Source: a bacterium | GTDB lineage: Bacteria; UBA8248 | Assembly: GCA_965200245.1 (NCBI GenBank) | Contig: CBDATS010000004.1 | Coordinates: forward strand, 1-64,000 | Length of the DNA stretch: 64,000 nucleotides | Reading direction: 5' to 3' | Shown: in pieces, positions 30,056 to 43,329 of the stretch | Numbering within the stretch: position 1 is the first letter of the stretch | How the letters are laid out: every line of letters starts with the position of its first letter | Notes under the pieces: generated by a model | Database searches by the model: none | Told to the model about the DNA's origin: nothing | Seen by the model: only the letters and a program-made list of their open reading frames with translations | Made by a program: the position numbers and the translations under genes

Positions 30056-31345
30056 TCAGGCGCAGGTGCTGAACTTGGCGTCGTAGAGCGTCGTTTTCAT
30101 CGGCACTTTGTCGCCAACAATCTTGAAATGGAGATTATTGTCCACGGTCGTCATGTAGAAATCGACGAAACCCTGATGATCGGTGCTGCGCAAGTAGATG
30201 TCACCCTGCGGGAAGTCGCTGCCCTGGGAGAGCATCCGGCCCGGCCCCATGGGCGTCTTTCCGCCTTCGAGCCACTTGACCATCTTGTCTGTGTCTTCTT
30301 TCTTGTTCTTGAACTTGACGGCCTGCATCGCCTGCTTGATGACGTTCATGCCCGTAAACTGCGCTTGTGCGAACCCGCTCGGCAGCACGCCCTTACTCAG
30401 GGCCATGAATTCCTTCCGGAACGCGTGGTTCGGGGCGTTGTCGAAGGGCGAACCCTTCAGATCGTTGACTGGCGAATAGCGGTGCAGATAGAAACCGCCG
30501 ACCGCACTCTTGCCCTGCTGGGTAATGGTGTTCACGTCGCATACCGAAGCAGGCCCCAGTATCTTGGCCTTCTTGTTGAGACCCGTATCACCCAGGGCGA
30601 GCATCGATTTGATGGCAGCGCCTCCCGACATTCCCATCACGATTGCGTCGGCGTCGCGCGAAAGCCGGTTCACGTAGGCGATGTAATCCGCTGTGTTGAG
30701 GGGAACGGGCACGGGATTGATCCACTTCCCGCCCAGCCGCTTGAACTCGTCACGGAAATCGAACGCCACGGACTGACCCCAGGCGAAGTCCATGTAGAGG
30801 CCTGTTGCGGTCTTGATACCGTTTTTGATCGCCCACGGCGCCATGGCGATGGCCTGGCTCTTCGTCGTGTTGTAGGGCCTGAAAACGTATTTCGGACAAG
30901 CGGGTGCCTTTCCACCGGTCAGGTTGGTCGTCTCGCAACCCGTGCCCAGCACGTAGAGCGTCTTGTAACGCTTCACCACAGGCGAGAGCTGGACGCAGAT
31001 GCCACTGCTGGAAGTACCCGTGAGGGCGTCGACTTTCTCCTTCAAGATCAGTTTTTCGACCTCGCGCACGGCTTGTGCGGGCTTGAAGGCGTCGTCGCGC
31101 TCCACAACCTGAATCTTCCTGCCGTTGATGCCGCCCGCCTTGTTGATGCGGTTGACGGCCACCGTCAATCCCCATCGCCCCTGTTCACCGAGCGCTGCGA
31201 GCGGCCCGCTGAACGTGTTGACGTGGCCGATCTTGATGGGGGCAGCGGCCCACGCCTCGCGCAGGAAAAACGGCCCCGTGCTCGCCGTTACGGCGCCCAT
31301 CGCCGCAAGCTTCAAAAAATCACGTCTCGAGTTTCGTCTGGCCAT
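30056..31345 (-). CDS. Tat-exported LIV-family substrate-binding protein
   Basis: SRRDFLK twin-arginine signal; INKAGGINGRKI. Confidence 0.9.
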   Translation of the reverse strand: MARRNSRRDFLKLAAMGAVTASTGPFFLREAWAAAPIKIGHVNTFSGPLAALGEQGRWGLTVAVNRINKAGGINGRKIQVVERDDAFKPAQAVREVEKLILKEKVDALTGTSSSGICVQLSPVVKRYKTLYVLGTGCETTNLTGGKAPACPKYVFRPYNTTKSQAIAMAPWAIKNGIKTATGLYMDFAWGQSVAFDFRDEFKRLGGKWINPVPVPLNTADYIAYVNRLSRDADAIVMGMSGGAAIKSMLALGDTGLNKKAKILGPASVCDVNTITQQGKSAVGGFYLHRYSPVNDLKGSPFDNAPNHAFRKEFMALSKGVLPSGFAQAQFTGMNVIKQAMQAVKFKNKKEDTDKMVKWLEGGKTPMGPGRMLSQGSDFPQGDIYLRSTDHQGFVDFYMTTVDNNLHFKIVGDKVPMKTTLYDAKFSTCA

Positions 31346-31785
31346 CCGGCATCTCCTTAATCTTCATGAATGGAAAAACGTCCCCTTCACTTTCCGGCCT
31401 GCTACCTTCGAGCTTTGGCTATTCGCTTACATGCAGCGTTTCTATATTGCGATTTCGGGGTTCCATTTCGTTACACCAAAAAGCGTCGCGCGCTGTCAAA
31501 GGCGCAAAAAACGCAAACCACGCGCCTCAGACTGCTCTACAAAGAAATACGGACAATTTGCGGATAGTACCGACGAGAAAGAAAGGGTTGGGTCATCCGA
31601 TTCGGGAGAGATTGAAGGGAAGATGGGCGGGGAACTATTCATCCGTGAAGCGAGTCGTCGCCAGGGCACATCCCTTGCACTTGTCCCGGCCATTTGCCCC
31701 GTTCAGGCAATACGGGCACTCGAACCCTTCTTCCAATACTTCGCCCGTAGAATTGGTATAGAAGCCGTCCGCAACATCTCCGCCC

Positions 31786-33108
31786 CTATCCCCCAAGAAA
31801 ACCCACCATGCCAAAGCCGAGGCCCATTAGCGCGGCGACACCCAAGGTTCTCATGAGAGACTGGCACCACCAAAGAAGCATGACCGCGCTCACCGCACCT
31901 ACGACCAGAATCCGCCAGTCCAGAGAACCCCATACGGGCACCAGGAGCTTGACCGGTCCGATCTCCAGGGACGGCAATTCGGCGAACAGGACGTGCAGGG
32001 CGAACCAGAGGGAGAGGTTGAGAATGACGCCCACTACCGCCGCCGTAATCGACTCCAGCGCGCCCCTGAGCCTCGGCTGCGCCGTTAGCTGTTCGATATA
32101 GGGCGAGCCTGCGAATATCCACAGGAAACAGGGCGCGAACGTGGACCAGAGCGTCACCAGCGCGCCCGCGATTCCCATGCCCACGCCGCCTGCGCGATAT
32201 CCGGCGACGTAGCCGACGAATTCCGTGACCAGAATCAGCGGCCCCGGCGTGGTTTCTGCAAGCCCCAGGGCATCCATCATTTCACCGGCATTCATCCAAC
32301 CCTTGTCGGCCACCACGTCCTGCGCCAGGTAGGCGAGCCCCGCATAGGCGCCACCGAACGAGACCATCGCGAGGCGGGAGAAGAAATGGCTGATCTGCAC
32401 CAAGGCGTCGTAACCGCCCAAAGCTGCCAACAAGAGAATCGGCGCCCACCAAACAGCCATCCACAGCGCGACCGTCCGCACCGTGGCGGAGGTCGACACA
32501 CCGCCCCGCACGCTTGTGGATTTTTCGGCGTTCCCGCTGCCCAGGAGGAAGAATCCGATGAGGCCGGACGCCAGGATGATAAGGGGAAACGGGACCGAGA
32601 GAAAGAAAATCGCCACGAAGGCCAGACCGGCGACGACCCAGTGAACCACAGAGTGGAGTGCCTTGTTCGACACCCGCAGCAAGGCTTCCAGCACGATGAC
32701 GAGAACCGCGCCCTTGATCCCCAGAAACAGCGCGGCCATCAGCGGCAGGTGGCCAAAGTCCATGTAGACCGCTGCCAGCACGAGCACCACCATGGCGCCC
32801 GGGACCACGAACAACATGCCCGCCAGCAACCCGCCGGGCACGCCGCGAAGCCGCCAGCCCGCATAGGTGGCAAGTTGCATTGCCTCGGGGCCAGGCAACA
32901 GCATACAGAAGCTGAGCGCACTCAGGAATCTCGATTCCTCGAGCCAGCGCTCTTCCTCCACGAGGACGCGGTGCATGAGCGCTATCTGCGCCGCCGGGCC
33001 GCCAAAAGAGAGGATTCCGATGCGCCAGAACACGGCGAACATACGCCGCCAGGGAATCTCCGGTTCACGGTGCGCATGTTCGCCGCCGGAGTCTGCGGCG
33101 TCCATCAA
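31786..33108 (-). CDS. chrA: Chromate efflux transporter (long-chain CHR)
   Basis: SFGGPAAQIA, LPGPEAMQL, SFGGAYA, ETTPGP. Confidence 0.92.
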   Translation of the reverse strand: MMDAADSGGEHAHREPEIPWRRMFAVFWRIGILSFGGPAAQIALMHRVLVEEERWLEESRFLSALSFCMLLPGPEAMQLATYAGWRLRGVPGGLLAGMLFVVPGAMVVLVLAAVYMDFGHLPLMAALFLGIKGAVLVIVLEALLRVSNKALHSVVHWVVAGLAFVAIFFLSVPFPLIILASGLIGFFLLGSGNAEKSTSVRGGVSTSATVRTVALWMAVWWAPILLLAALGGYDALVQISHFFSRLAMVSFGGAYAGLAYLAQDVVADKGWMNAGEMMDALGLAETTPGPLILVTEFVGYVAGYRAGGVGMGIAGALVTLWSTFAPCFLWIFAGSPYIEQLTAQPRLRGALESITAAVVGVILNLSLWFALHVLFAELPSLEIGPVKLLVPVWGSLDWRILVVGAVSAVMLLWWCQSLMRTLGVAALMGLGFGMVGFLGG

Positions 33109-33177
33109 GGCCCTCCCTCCCTGTATCCCTTTAGCGGACTGGCACGCGAGTCTTTCCTCCGGTGGCCTGCGCTTCCC

Positions 33178-33621
33178 TTAGGGCAACACCTTGATGGAGA
33201 TGGTCGCCGCCCACCTCTTTCCGTAGGAACGGTGCAAACCGTCTGCGAACTGCATCGTGAGGTTGTAATCCCCCGGTGCGAGCTTGACGGAGGCTTCCGT
33301 CTGTCCCTTGCCGTAGTGCAAATGCGTGGCGTCGGTGGGGATTACCTTGCCCTTGCGAAAGGGCCCCTGATTTAGGAGTACATGGTGATGCCCGGTGCCT
33401 TTCACCACCTTGCCCGAGGGCTTGATGATCATGCCCTTCATGCCCATCACGACCTTGACGGGGCTTTTCACCTGTGCGCCGTCTTTGGGTTCGATGAACC
33501 AGACGCCGTTTTTCATCTCTTTTTTCATTCCTTTTTTCTCAGCCCCTTGCGCATATCCTGCAAACGACAGAGACACCGCCATGACGAAAGCGAACAACCC
33601 GAAGAACACCCGTCTGCTCAT
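33178..33621 (-). CDS. DUF4399 family exported protein
   Basis: FIEPKDG, TGHHH, HYGKGQTE, QFADGLH. Confidence 0.85.
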   Translation of the reverse strand: MSRRVFFGLFAFVMAVSLSFAGYAQGAEKKGMKKEMKNGVWFIEPKDGAQVKSPVKVVMGMKGMIIKPSGKVVKGTGHHHVLLNQGPFRKGKVIPTDATHLHYGKGQTEASVKLAPGDYNLTMQFADGLHRSYGKRWAATISIKVLP

Positions 33622-33780
33622 TTCGGACTCCTTTCCGGCTCCCGCCCGGAGAGCCTGCAAGAGATATGTGGAAGACACGACGTACGAAAATGATTGGAAC
33701 TATTCCCCCGCAATATACCGCATACGGCAATGAAAATTCGAGTCCACGAAAAACGAGGGGATTATAATCTATTCATCTTT

Positions 33781-33801
33781 CGCTATTATCGAAATAATGC
33801 G
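33781..33801. promoter_or_regulatory. Imperfect inverted repeat upstream of abiEi, possible autoregulatory operator
   Basis: CGCTATTATCGAAATAATGCG; AbiEi proteins are known to bind promoter inverted repeats. Confidence 0.3.
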
Positions 33802-33842
33802 ATTTGATTGCGCAAAGGATCATAATATGTTACTTTTTGCAC

Positions 33843-34646
33843 ATGAAAAAGAATTTTCGTCGACTAAGCGCCAGTAACTACATTGGCAATCTTGCTTCTG
33901 CTGGAAGATATCACTTTACATCAAGTGACGCCCTTGAGGCGCTTGGTGTGTCCGCCAACGCCACCAAGGTTGCCTTGAGACGGCTGGCTCGGCAAAATCT
34001 CATCGCACAGCCCGGGCGTGGCTTTTATGTAATTGTCCCGCCCGAATACCGCTCTCTTGGGTGTCTGCCAGGGGACCAGTTTATACCGGCGCTAATGCAA
34101 CGGAAAAAACAACTCTATTATGCGGGGCTGTTGTCAGCCGCACAATACTACGGCGCGACCCATCATCAGCCCCAGGAATTCCAGGTGTTGCTCAACAAGG
34201 CACGTAGGCCGATCCATTGCGGCCAGGTGCGCGTGACCTTTATCCTCCGCAAGTGCCTTCGGAGTGTTTCCGTGCAAACTTTCAATTCACCTCGCGGCAC
34301 GATCCTGGTGTCGACACCAGAAGCAACAGCCGTCGATCTCGTCGGTTATTACCACCACGTGGGTGGGCTCGACCAAGTGGCGACCATCCTGTCTGAACTT
34401 GCAGATCAGGTCGATCCCCAGAAACTTGTGATGGCCGCTCAGACCGCGCCAATCACGTGGGCACAAAGGCTTGGTTCCTTATTTACACTTGTCAAGGCTT
34501 CCGAGCAGGTGGCCCTCCTGAGAGCTTATATCAGGAGCGAAGCCCGGCGAACGGTTCCGATACTCCCAGGGACATCCCAAGAAGGAGCGCCTCGCGACTC
34601 GGACTGGAAACTCTTCATCAATACCGACGTGGAACCAGACCTATGA
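33843..34646 (+). CDS. Type IV TA antitoxin, AbiEi family
   Basis: GFYVIVPPEY, YYAGLLSAA..YGATHHQPQ, VSTPEATAVDL. Confidence 0.85.
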   Translation: MKKNFRRLSASNYIGNLASAGRYHFTSSDALEALGVSANATKVALRRLARQNLIAQPGRGFYVIVPPEYRSLGCLPGDQFIPALMQRKKQLYYAGLLSAAQYYGATHHQPQEFQVLLNKARRPIHCGQVRVTFILRKCLRSVSVQTFNSPRGTILVSTPEATAVDLVGYYHHVGGLDQVATILSELADQVDPQKLVMAAQTAPITWAQRLGSLFTLVKASEQVALLRAYIRSEARRTVPILPGTSQEGAPRDSDWKLFINTDVEPDL

Positions 34647-34860
34647 TCCCGCGTGACTATATTACTGCATGACGAGCCCAAGTACCTTGCGTCCAGGATT
34701 GCCAAGTTGAACAAGACCTTGTCATCAGCCGGGCGTTGATTTCGATTTTCACTCACCCGCTTCTAGCAGAAACTCTGGCTTTCCGGGGCGGCACAGCACC
34801 CTACAAACTCCACATCCATCCCCCACGCCGGTATTCCGAAGATCTCAATCTTGTCCAAAT
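34643..34860 (+). pseudogene. AbiEii nucleotidyltransferase toxin, nonsense-mutated and truncated
   Basis: MIPRDYITA*RAQVP...QVEQDLVISRAL...LAFRGGTA..K...RYSEDL; ends at the IS remnant. Confidence 0.85.
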
Positions 34861-35200
34861 CTGGTGCATAGCCGTCCTGAATCCAGCGGCCTCCCTGCCC
34901 GTTTCATTTTCGTTTAACCCATTGATGAACCTCACATCGGCGATCACGTCGGTCAGATGACGGAAGCCCCGTAGCCCGCGCCATCGTTTCCCGGCACTCA
35001 TGGCGAACTGCTGCACGAGACTGAGCGCCGTCCTTTCGCTCAAACAGCTCCTAGTCTTCGCCGTTTACAAGTGGATGGCAAGAAGGCCGACTCGATGGGA
35101 TTCATCGTCCGCAGATGTCCCCGGTGCGTCGCCCGAAAGTCGAAGTCATGGAAGGCGAGGAACTCCTCGCGGAACCCCGCCTCCAGGGCCAATGAGATTT
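34850..35200 (-). mobile_element. IS256-family transposase C-terminal remnant with decayed right end
   Basis: HLRTMNPIESAF...SAGKRWRGLRGF..L.DVI..VRF.NG...AA, followed by CACCAGATTTGGACAA, an IS256-like end. Confidence 0.7.
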
Positions 35201-35220
35201 CGAATTTTCCCTTGTCTGGC

Positions 35221-36615
35221 TCATTCATGAGCGTTGGCACCCTCATTTATTACGGTTGCGGTCCCCAGACGTTTGACTTTTTCCACTGTCATTCGTTCAT
35301 TTTCCGGTTTATCAAACGTCCGCGTCATGACCCCGGCAACCTTGATCGGTCGGCGAACGGCTCCAGGATCAATACCTGCCCGAAGTGCGCAAAGAACACC
35401 CGCTGCCTCCCAGTAATTTTCAACGATATGGAGTTGGCCGGGTCGCCAAGGTAGTATCTCCAGGTTGTTCTTCATGAGGTTCGCGTTTTCGCGCACAGCG
35501 ACCACGCGAATGCCTTGCTCCAGTGCGGCCAGTGTGGGAAGTCCCACACAACCATCAGGAATCACCAAGCATGAAACGTCACGCGCCGATATGACACCGG
35601 AACCGGACGGCTTCATAACTATACGCGGGCTTTTATGCAATCCTTTCAGAACGCATTGAAAGAATGTCAGTGAAATCGCTTCTGCGGCCATGCGGGGATC
35701 CACCACTCCCGGTTCCATATTGGCAATTTCGCGCGACTCGAACATCGGGCAATGGGCTGACGGCACGTTGAACCTGTCGGATATGGCATGAGTGAGCATG
35801 GCTTCCACTCCACCCCACGGATTGACCATATCTCCGGCTGCGTCGAAATATCCCTGATGGAACTCATGGGGAACGGAAATAACCGATGATATTGCTACTG
35901 CATCATATTGCCCCTGCTGTTCCTCAAGAATTTTAAAGAGACGTTCAAGGCCAAGAATTTTTCCGCTGGCTGTACCAATGGGATTGAACCCCGCTTCCAT
36001 CACCAAGGAAGGAGAAAGTTTGACTATGCCGGTGCAAATGAAACCACATGACGCCCTTGCCGCGTTCACTGCATTTATGGCGGCGTTCACAAAGAAATCG
36101 TCACGGTGGTCATCAATAATCACCAGGAGACGATTCGCCCGCGCCGGAACGAGACCGACAGTTCCCATCATAAGCCGGGCAATAACGCTTCCCTCGACAT
36201 AGAGCGAATTTGATGGCATTTCATTGATGTCGGATGCGTTCACCACGTTGGGATGCAGAATCAATCTGTCGCAGGCCTCGGCGAGCAGTCGTGCTGCAGG
36301 CGTCGCATCTCCGGCATGGCCTCCAATCTCTGCCCCGATGCCGGTCGGAACCAGAAAAACGACATTGAATTGCTCTGTGTTCTCGTATTCGCGATGCACA
36401 AAGTTAAAGACAGACTTGTTTGGAGCACCATCTGGTGAAGCCGCTTCCAGGCCGCTGACCAAGCATTTTGCATGGCTTTCATCTGAATCAGTGATGGCAA
36501 ATCTGAGGGGCGTGATACCAAGTAACCGGACCTGGACGCTCTCCCTGATCTGCGCGAGTGGATTGGAACTGCGCAGAGATATCGGCAAATCGGTTGTATG
36601 TTCTCGCAAAATCAA
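35221..36615 (-). CDS. DUF3326 domain protein with N-terminal extension
   Basis: VPTGIGAEIGGHAGDA, HPNVVNASD, LYVEGS, GGVEAMLTH, VDPRMAAE; TTG start with AAGGA RBS directly after the upstream stop. Confidence 0.8.
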   Translation of the reverse strand: MILREHTTDLPISLRSSNPLAQIRESVQVRLLGITPLRFAITDSDESHAKCLVSGLEAASPDGAPNKSVFNFVHREYENTEQFNVVFLVPTGIGAEIGGHAGDATPAARLLAEACDRLILHPNVVNASDINEMPSNSLYVEGSVIARLMMGTVGLVPARANRLLVIIDDHRDDFFVNAAINAVNAARASCGFICTGIVKLSPSLVMEAGFNPIGTASGKILGLERLFKILEEQQGQYDAVAISSVISVPHEFHQGYFDAAGDMVNPWGGVEAMLTHAISDRFNVPSAHCPMFESREIANMEPGVVDPRMAAEAISLTFFQCVLKGLHKSPRIVMKPSGSGVISARDVSCLVIPDGCVGLPTLAALEQGIRVVAVRENANLMKNNLEILPWRPGQLHIVENYWEAAGVLCALRAGIDPGAVRRPIKVAGVMTRTFDKPENERMTVEKVKRLGTATVINEGANAHE

Positions 36616-36616
36616 T

Positions 36617-37006
36617 TTATGTCCTTTCGACGAAGGTCTTTTTGATTGATGCCGCCGTGAAATACCGGCCTGCAAACTTCTCAGCCGTTTCCGGCTCAAA
36701 GGGTTTGCAGGAGAAGATGTTGATGTAAACGGTTCCCAGAAGATCAAGCGTATGTATGACGATGGAACTCGTCAGGATGAAGCATACGGCGGATGTGCCT
36801 TTCGTGTGTGGCGAGGTCTGCCGTTCTTCTTCCGGGACATCCAGGTCATCCCAGAAATGAACCTCACACTTTTTCATATCGATCAGATCACAAATATCGG
36901 TGAAGAACCTGTCTATGCTGTTCCGATTGAACATATCGGTATCGCATCCATGAAGGTCGAGTATGAGTTCATAGCCATATAACTGGTCTGCAGTCATGCG
37001 ATTCAT
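36617..37006 (-). CDS. Short pyruvoyl-dependent S-adenosylmethionine decarboxylase-like proenzyme
   Basis: YGYELILDLHGCD, GTSAVCFILTSSIVIHT (cf. AESHISIHT), YINIFSCK. Confidence 0.8.
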   Translation of the reverse strand: MNRMTADQLYGYELILDLHGCDTDMFNRNSIDRFFTDICDLIDMKKCEVHFWDDLDVPEEERQTSPHTKGTSAVCFILTSSIVIHTLDLLGTVYINIFSCKPFEPETAEKFAGRYFTAASIKKTFVERT

Positions 37007-38203
37007 CTAATATCCCACAGTTTTACGAACACTCTGAAACACATTTTCCAGTCCCATGCCAGCAACTACTGCCCATAGGATGGAAAGATACACATCGCTG
37101 AAACTAGGCTCCTTCAAATTCGGGACAATGGATCCAAGTACAATCAACCCGCCTGCCAATGCCGAGAAAACCAAAATGCCAGCCAGCATACCAAGAGGAG
37201 CCCCGAGCACTATTCTCCATAGCTCCCGTTTCCCGGACATGTGACCGATCTCCACTTCTTGGGCGTTCTTCAGATTAATCAATGCGCTGGCAACCGCCCC
37301 CGCAACCCCAAGCAAACCCCAGTCCAAGATGTCCAAACGACAACAGCAGCGTGCGGAACCCTGGGTAGAACAAAGTAAAGGCAAAATGCCCATTAACATG
37401 AAAACAACGACCGCGACCGACCCGCAAACCCTTATACTTGAGACAATCGTTGAGCCTTTGGCCCAATAAAGTTCGTAATCCGCCACATGCTCGAGGAGTC
37501 CCCGGAGACTTGCACGGAGTTCTTCAGCTTTGTCATCCTTTTTCTCATCAACATTGTCCCCTTTAATCCTACCCAACTCAGATATGGCGTCCTTGATTCT
37601 CTTGGAAAAGCCGTAATAGTTATCGACATCATAAGAGAATGCATCCCCCTCCGCATACTCCTTCAGTTCGGCGAGGCCTGTTCGGGCCCGTTCTTTGAGG
37701 TCTTCTAGCTTGAGGAAGTCAATCAGAAGACATTCCAGCGGAAGAACCTGAAATTCGGTCCATCCTTGAGGACCCAGTTTCTCGAGTCGCTTCACTTCCT
37801 CATCGAGCTGGATACGCTTCTCAGTAAAGTTGGCGGGGCGATCAGAGTCAGTCAATCTAGGTTGAACATGCTTTGCTTCCTGTATACGCATCTCGATTTC
37901 ACTTCGGTCCGCTTTCCGCACCTTATGAACACGTATCTCATGCAGAATCACAAACACAGTCACCAATCCCGATAAAAATCCGATCAGGGCGAGATAAAGA
38001 CACCATGTGCACTCCAGACTGGTGGCAGGGCCCGATAGAATACTGATGCAGGCCCAAATGAGATAACCGATACTGACAGCCATTAAGACTATGGCGACCC
38101 GAAAAATGAAGCGACTCCGCGGAGTCAGCCTGGGGGGAAGTTCATCTTCCGGGTGTTCGGGTTGCGGTCGATTCATTTCAGTTTTATTGAGTTCGTCCGG
38201 CAT
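37007..38203 (-). CDS. Hypothetical multi-pass membrane protein (2 TM, helical domain, about 4 TM)
   Basis: Intact 398-aa ORF with hydrophobic segments; stop abuts the ATG of the next gene. Confidence 0.75.
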   Translation of the reverse strand: MPDELNKTEMNRPQPEHPEDELPPRLTPRSRFIFRVAIVLMAVSIGYLIWACISILSGPATSLECTWCLYLALIGFLSGLVTVFVILHEIRVHKVRKADRSEIEMRIQEAKHVQPRLTDSDRPANFTEKRIQLDEEVKRLEKLGPQGWTEFQVLPLECLLIDFLKLEDLKERARTGLAELKEYAEGDAFSYDVDNYYGFSKRIKDAISELGRIKGDNVDEKKDDKAEELRASLRGLLEHVADYELYWAKGSTIVSSIRVCGSVAVVVFMLMGILPLLCSTQGSARCCCRLDILDWGLLGVAGAVASALINLKNAQEVEIGHMSGKRELWRIVLGAPLGMLAGILVFSALAGGLIVLGSIVPNLKEPSFSDVYLSILWAVVAGMGLENVFQSVRKTVGY

Positions 38204-38384
38204 TTATCGTCTCGGTTGAGGAATTTTCCGTCAGTTGGCAACATTCAAAAACAAAAAGCCACTGTCAGAAATCGCTTGGGAAAACAATACCCTCACGTTG
38301 CAATGTCAGTGCTCGGCAGGGGCGCTCAGACAACCCGTTGCCGGATTCTTCTGGCATACCTGCCTCCAGCTTTCTTCAAGCAAC

Positions 38385-38975
38385 TCAATACCTTTGGATG
38401 CCACTCATCACACGCTTGATAAACTCTGTGAAGGCCGAGATGTCGCTGATGTAGTGGCGCCAACGCCCCTCCTCGATGAGTTCCCATGAGTAACGTTTCT
38501 GCCACAAGATGGTGTCCTTGTCGAAGTACGCAAAAAAACCCTTCAAATTCGAAATGTCCCGGTTCGGGGGACCGGATGTCGAGGGTGAAGCCGACGCCGT
38601 GTTGATGAACGCAATCAGTTCGAAGCCGTTTGGTAGAACACTATTGCTTTCCTGATATGCAGATTCAAGCTGCTTCTGGAATTTCTCCGGAATTTTATCG
38701 TACAGATCGGTCAGCAAGTGGGAGCGCGGTATGGTGATTTTGTTGAGCAAGAGAAGCAACTTCAGCATTAACTTCAGAGACGTCGCAAGGTTGAAATGGG
38801 AAACCGTCTTCATTGACACCCACATGTCATGGTGCGTTCGGCCCTTCATGCCCGGCACGTCATCATAGCTGCCACTACGTATGCCGTGACGTTTGATCTC
38901 CGACTCGACGTGGACGGCAGTAGTCCGGAAATCGTGGATGTTGTCGTACAGAAGGCGATATGCGGTAATTTCCAT
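38385..38975 (-). CDS. Putative HEPN-fold protein
   Basis: FNLATSLKLMLKLLL...PRSHLLTDLY matches the HEPN pattern (E)xxLK...HxLxxL. Confidence 0.55.
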   Translation of the reverse strand: MEITAYRLLYDNIHDFRTTAVHVESEIKRHGIRSGSYDDVPGMKGRTHHDMWVSMKTVSHFNLATSLKLMLKLLLLLNKITIPRSHLLTDLYDKIPEKFQKQLESAYQESNSVLPNGFELIAFINTASASPSTSGPPNRDISNLKGFFAYFDKDTILWQKRYSWELIEEGRWRHYISDISAFTEFIKRVMSGIQRY

Positions 38976-39688
38976 GATGTTCCTCTCACCCGAACGATTC
39001 CGGGTTCGGGCTTCAGCTGGCACAACCACAACAATCGACTCTTTAGAGCAGGTGTCGGCGAGGGTGTTATTTTTCCACAGGAGTTCCCGCAACATAGAAC
39101 CGGACAGGGTCGCGTATGATCTCTTCCCTATAATCCACATTCGCCTCAGCGCCCATTGCCTACCCCTCCATCGTGCGGCCGCAACAGAGATTTTACGCAT
39201 CCCTGCCGCAGCCGGTCACTCATGTGCATATCGGGCACTAGCGTAGAAACCCTTCTATAGATGGAGGATAAAGGCATCTATTCTGTCTTGTTTTTCCTCA
39301 AAATAATCTTTGAAATCCTCTTCAAAATAGATGGGTTTGCAATCCTCAAAAAGCTCCAGAAGATAGTCTACCTTACCTTCTGAATTATTAGGAATTCCCT
39401 AATTTATAAAGACCGGACCGAATCATTGAAATCGTCACCATTACTAAGTCGAAATATTTTCAGATGGATGGCAAATGGCTTGCCTTCAGAATTTTCCCCG
39501 AACAACAAAATCAGAAATTTGCAGGGGTTGCTAATGGACGGGCAAGGTCAGCCTGAAGTGGAGAGAGGAGGCTACCGACTGGGCTACCGCCGCGATTCGT
39601 TCGAAAGGGTGTCCATGAGAGAGTAGTACGACAGACCGCGGAAAATTCGGTTACATCCGTTTTATATAAACCATATTCGCGCACATGC

Positions 39689-42822
<3,134 letters not shown>

Positions 42823-42823
<1 letters not shown>

Positions 42824-43329
42824 CAAGCCGTCATTCCGGATGATTTCAACACGAACCGGGCCCGCTCGCGCCGCAACATCTAATAAGGACTCATACAGTG
42901 GAGCCCGAGGCCAATGCAGGCATTTGGAATCTTGATTTTGCTAATGGTATCAGCGGGCACTTCGTGAGTGACGACAGTGCAGTTGTGAGCAAGCGCGTGC
43001 GCGACAAGCCAGTAGTCGGCGACCTGCAGAAAGGTCGTGACCGCGGCAGGCTGGTATTCATTGTCGCTCGCCCAATCGCTGACAGTGCGTAGCGCCAGTA
43101 CTACCGCGTTATCCGGTCTCAAGAAGAAGTCGCCACCGCGTGCCTCGGCCCAATCCGCCAGTTCGTCTCCCCCGACATGTAGCTCGTCAGCGACTTTCTC
43201 GATGCTCGCAACCTTTCCCACACGGTTCTGCTCGACCAGCCAATCCCAGAAAGCTGGACAGAAATCGAAACCATAGTGCAGATTCTTGGCCTGGATGAAA
43301 ATATTTGCGTTGAGGATATAATCGGTCAT
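42823..43329 (-). pseudogene. DUF4411 (PIN-like) protein, premature amber at 42880-42882
   Basis: FIQAKNLHYGFDFCPAFWDW, ADYWLVAHA, KIPNAC; [14 protein letters not shown] continues to a stop overlapping the hsdR ATG. Confidence 0.85.

Noticed and set aside
22906-31360. Large + strand ORFs (537 aa, 457 aa and others)
   Set aside because: High-GC antisense shadows of the ABC transporter genes.
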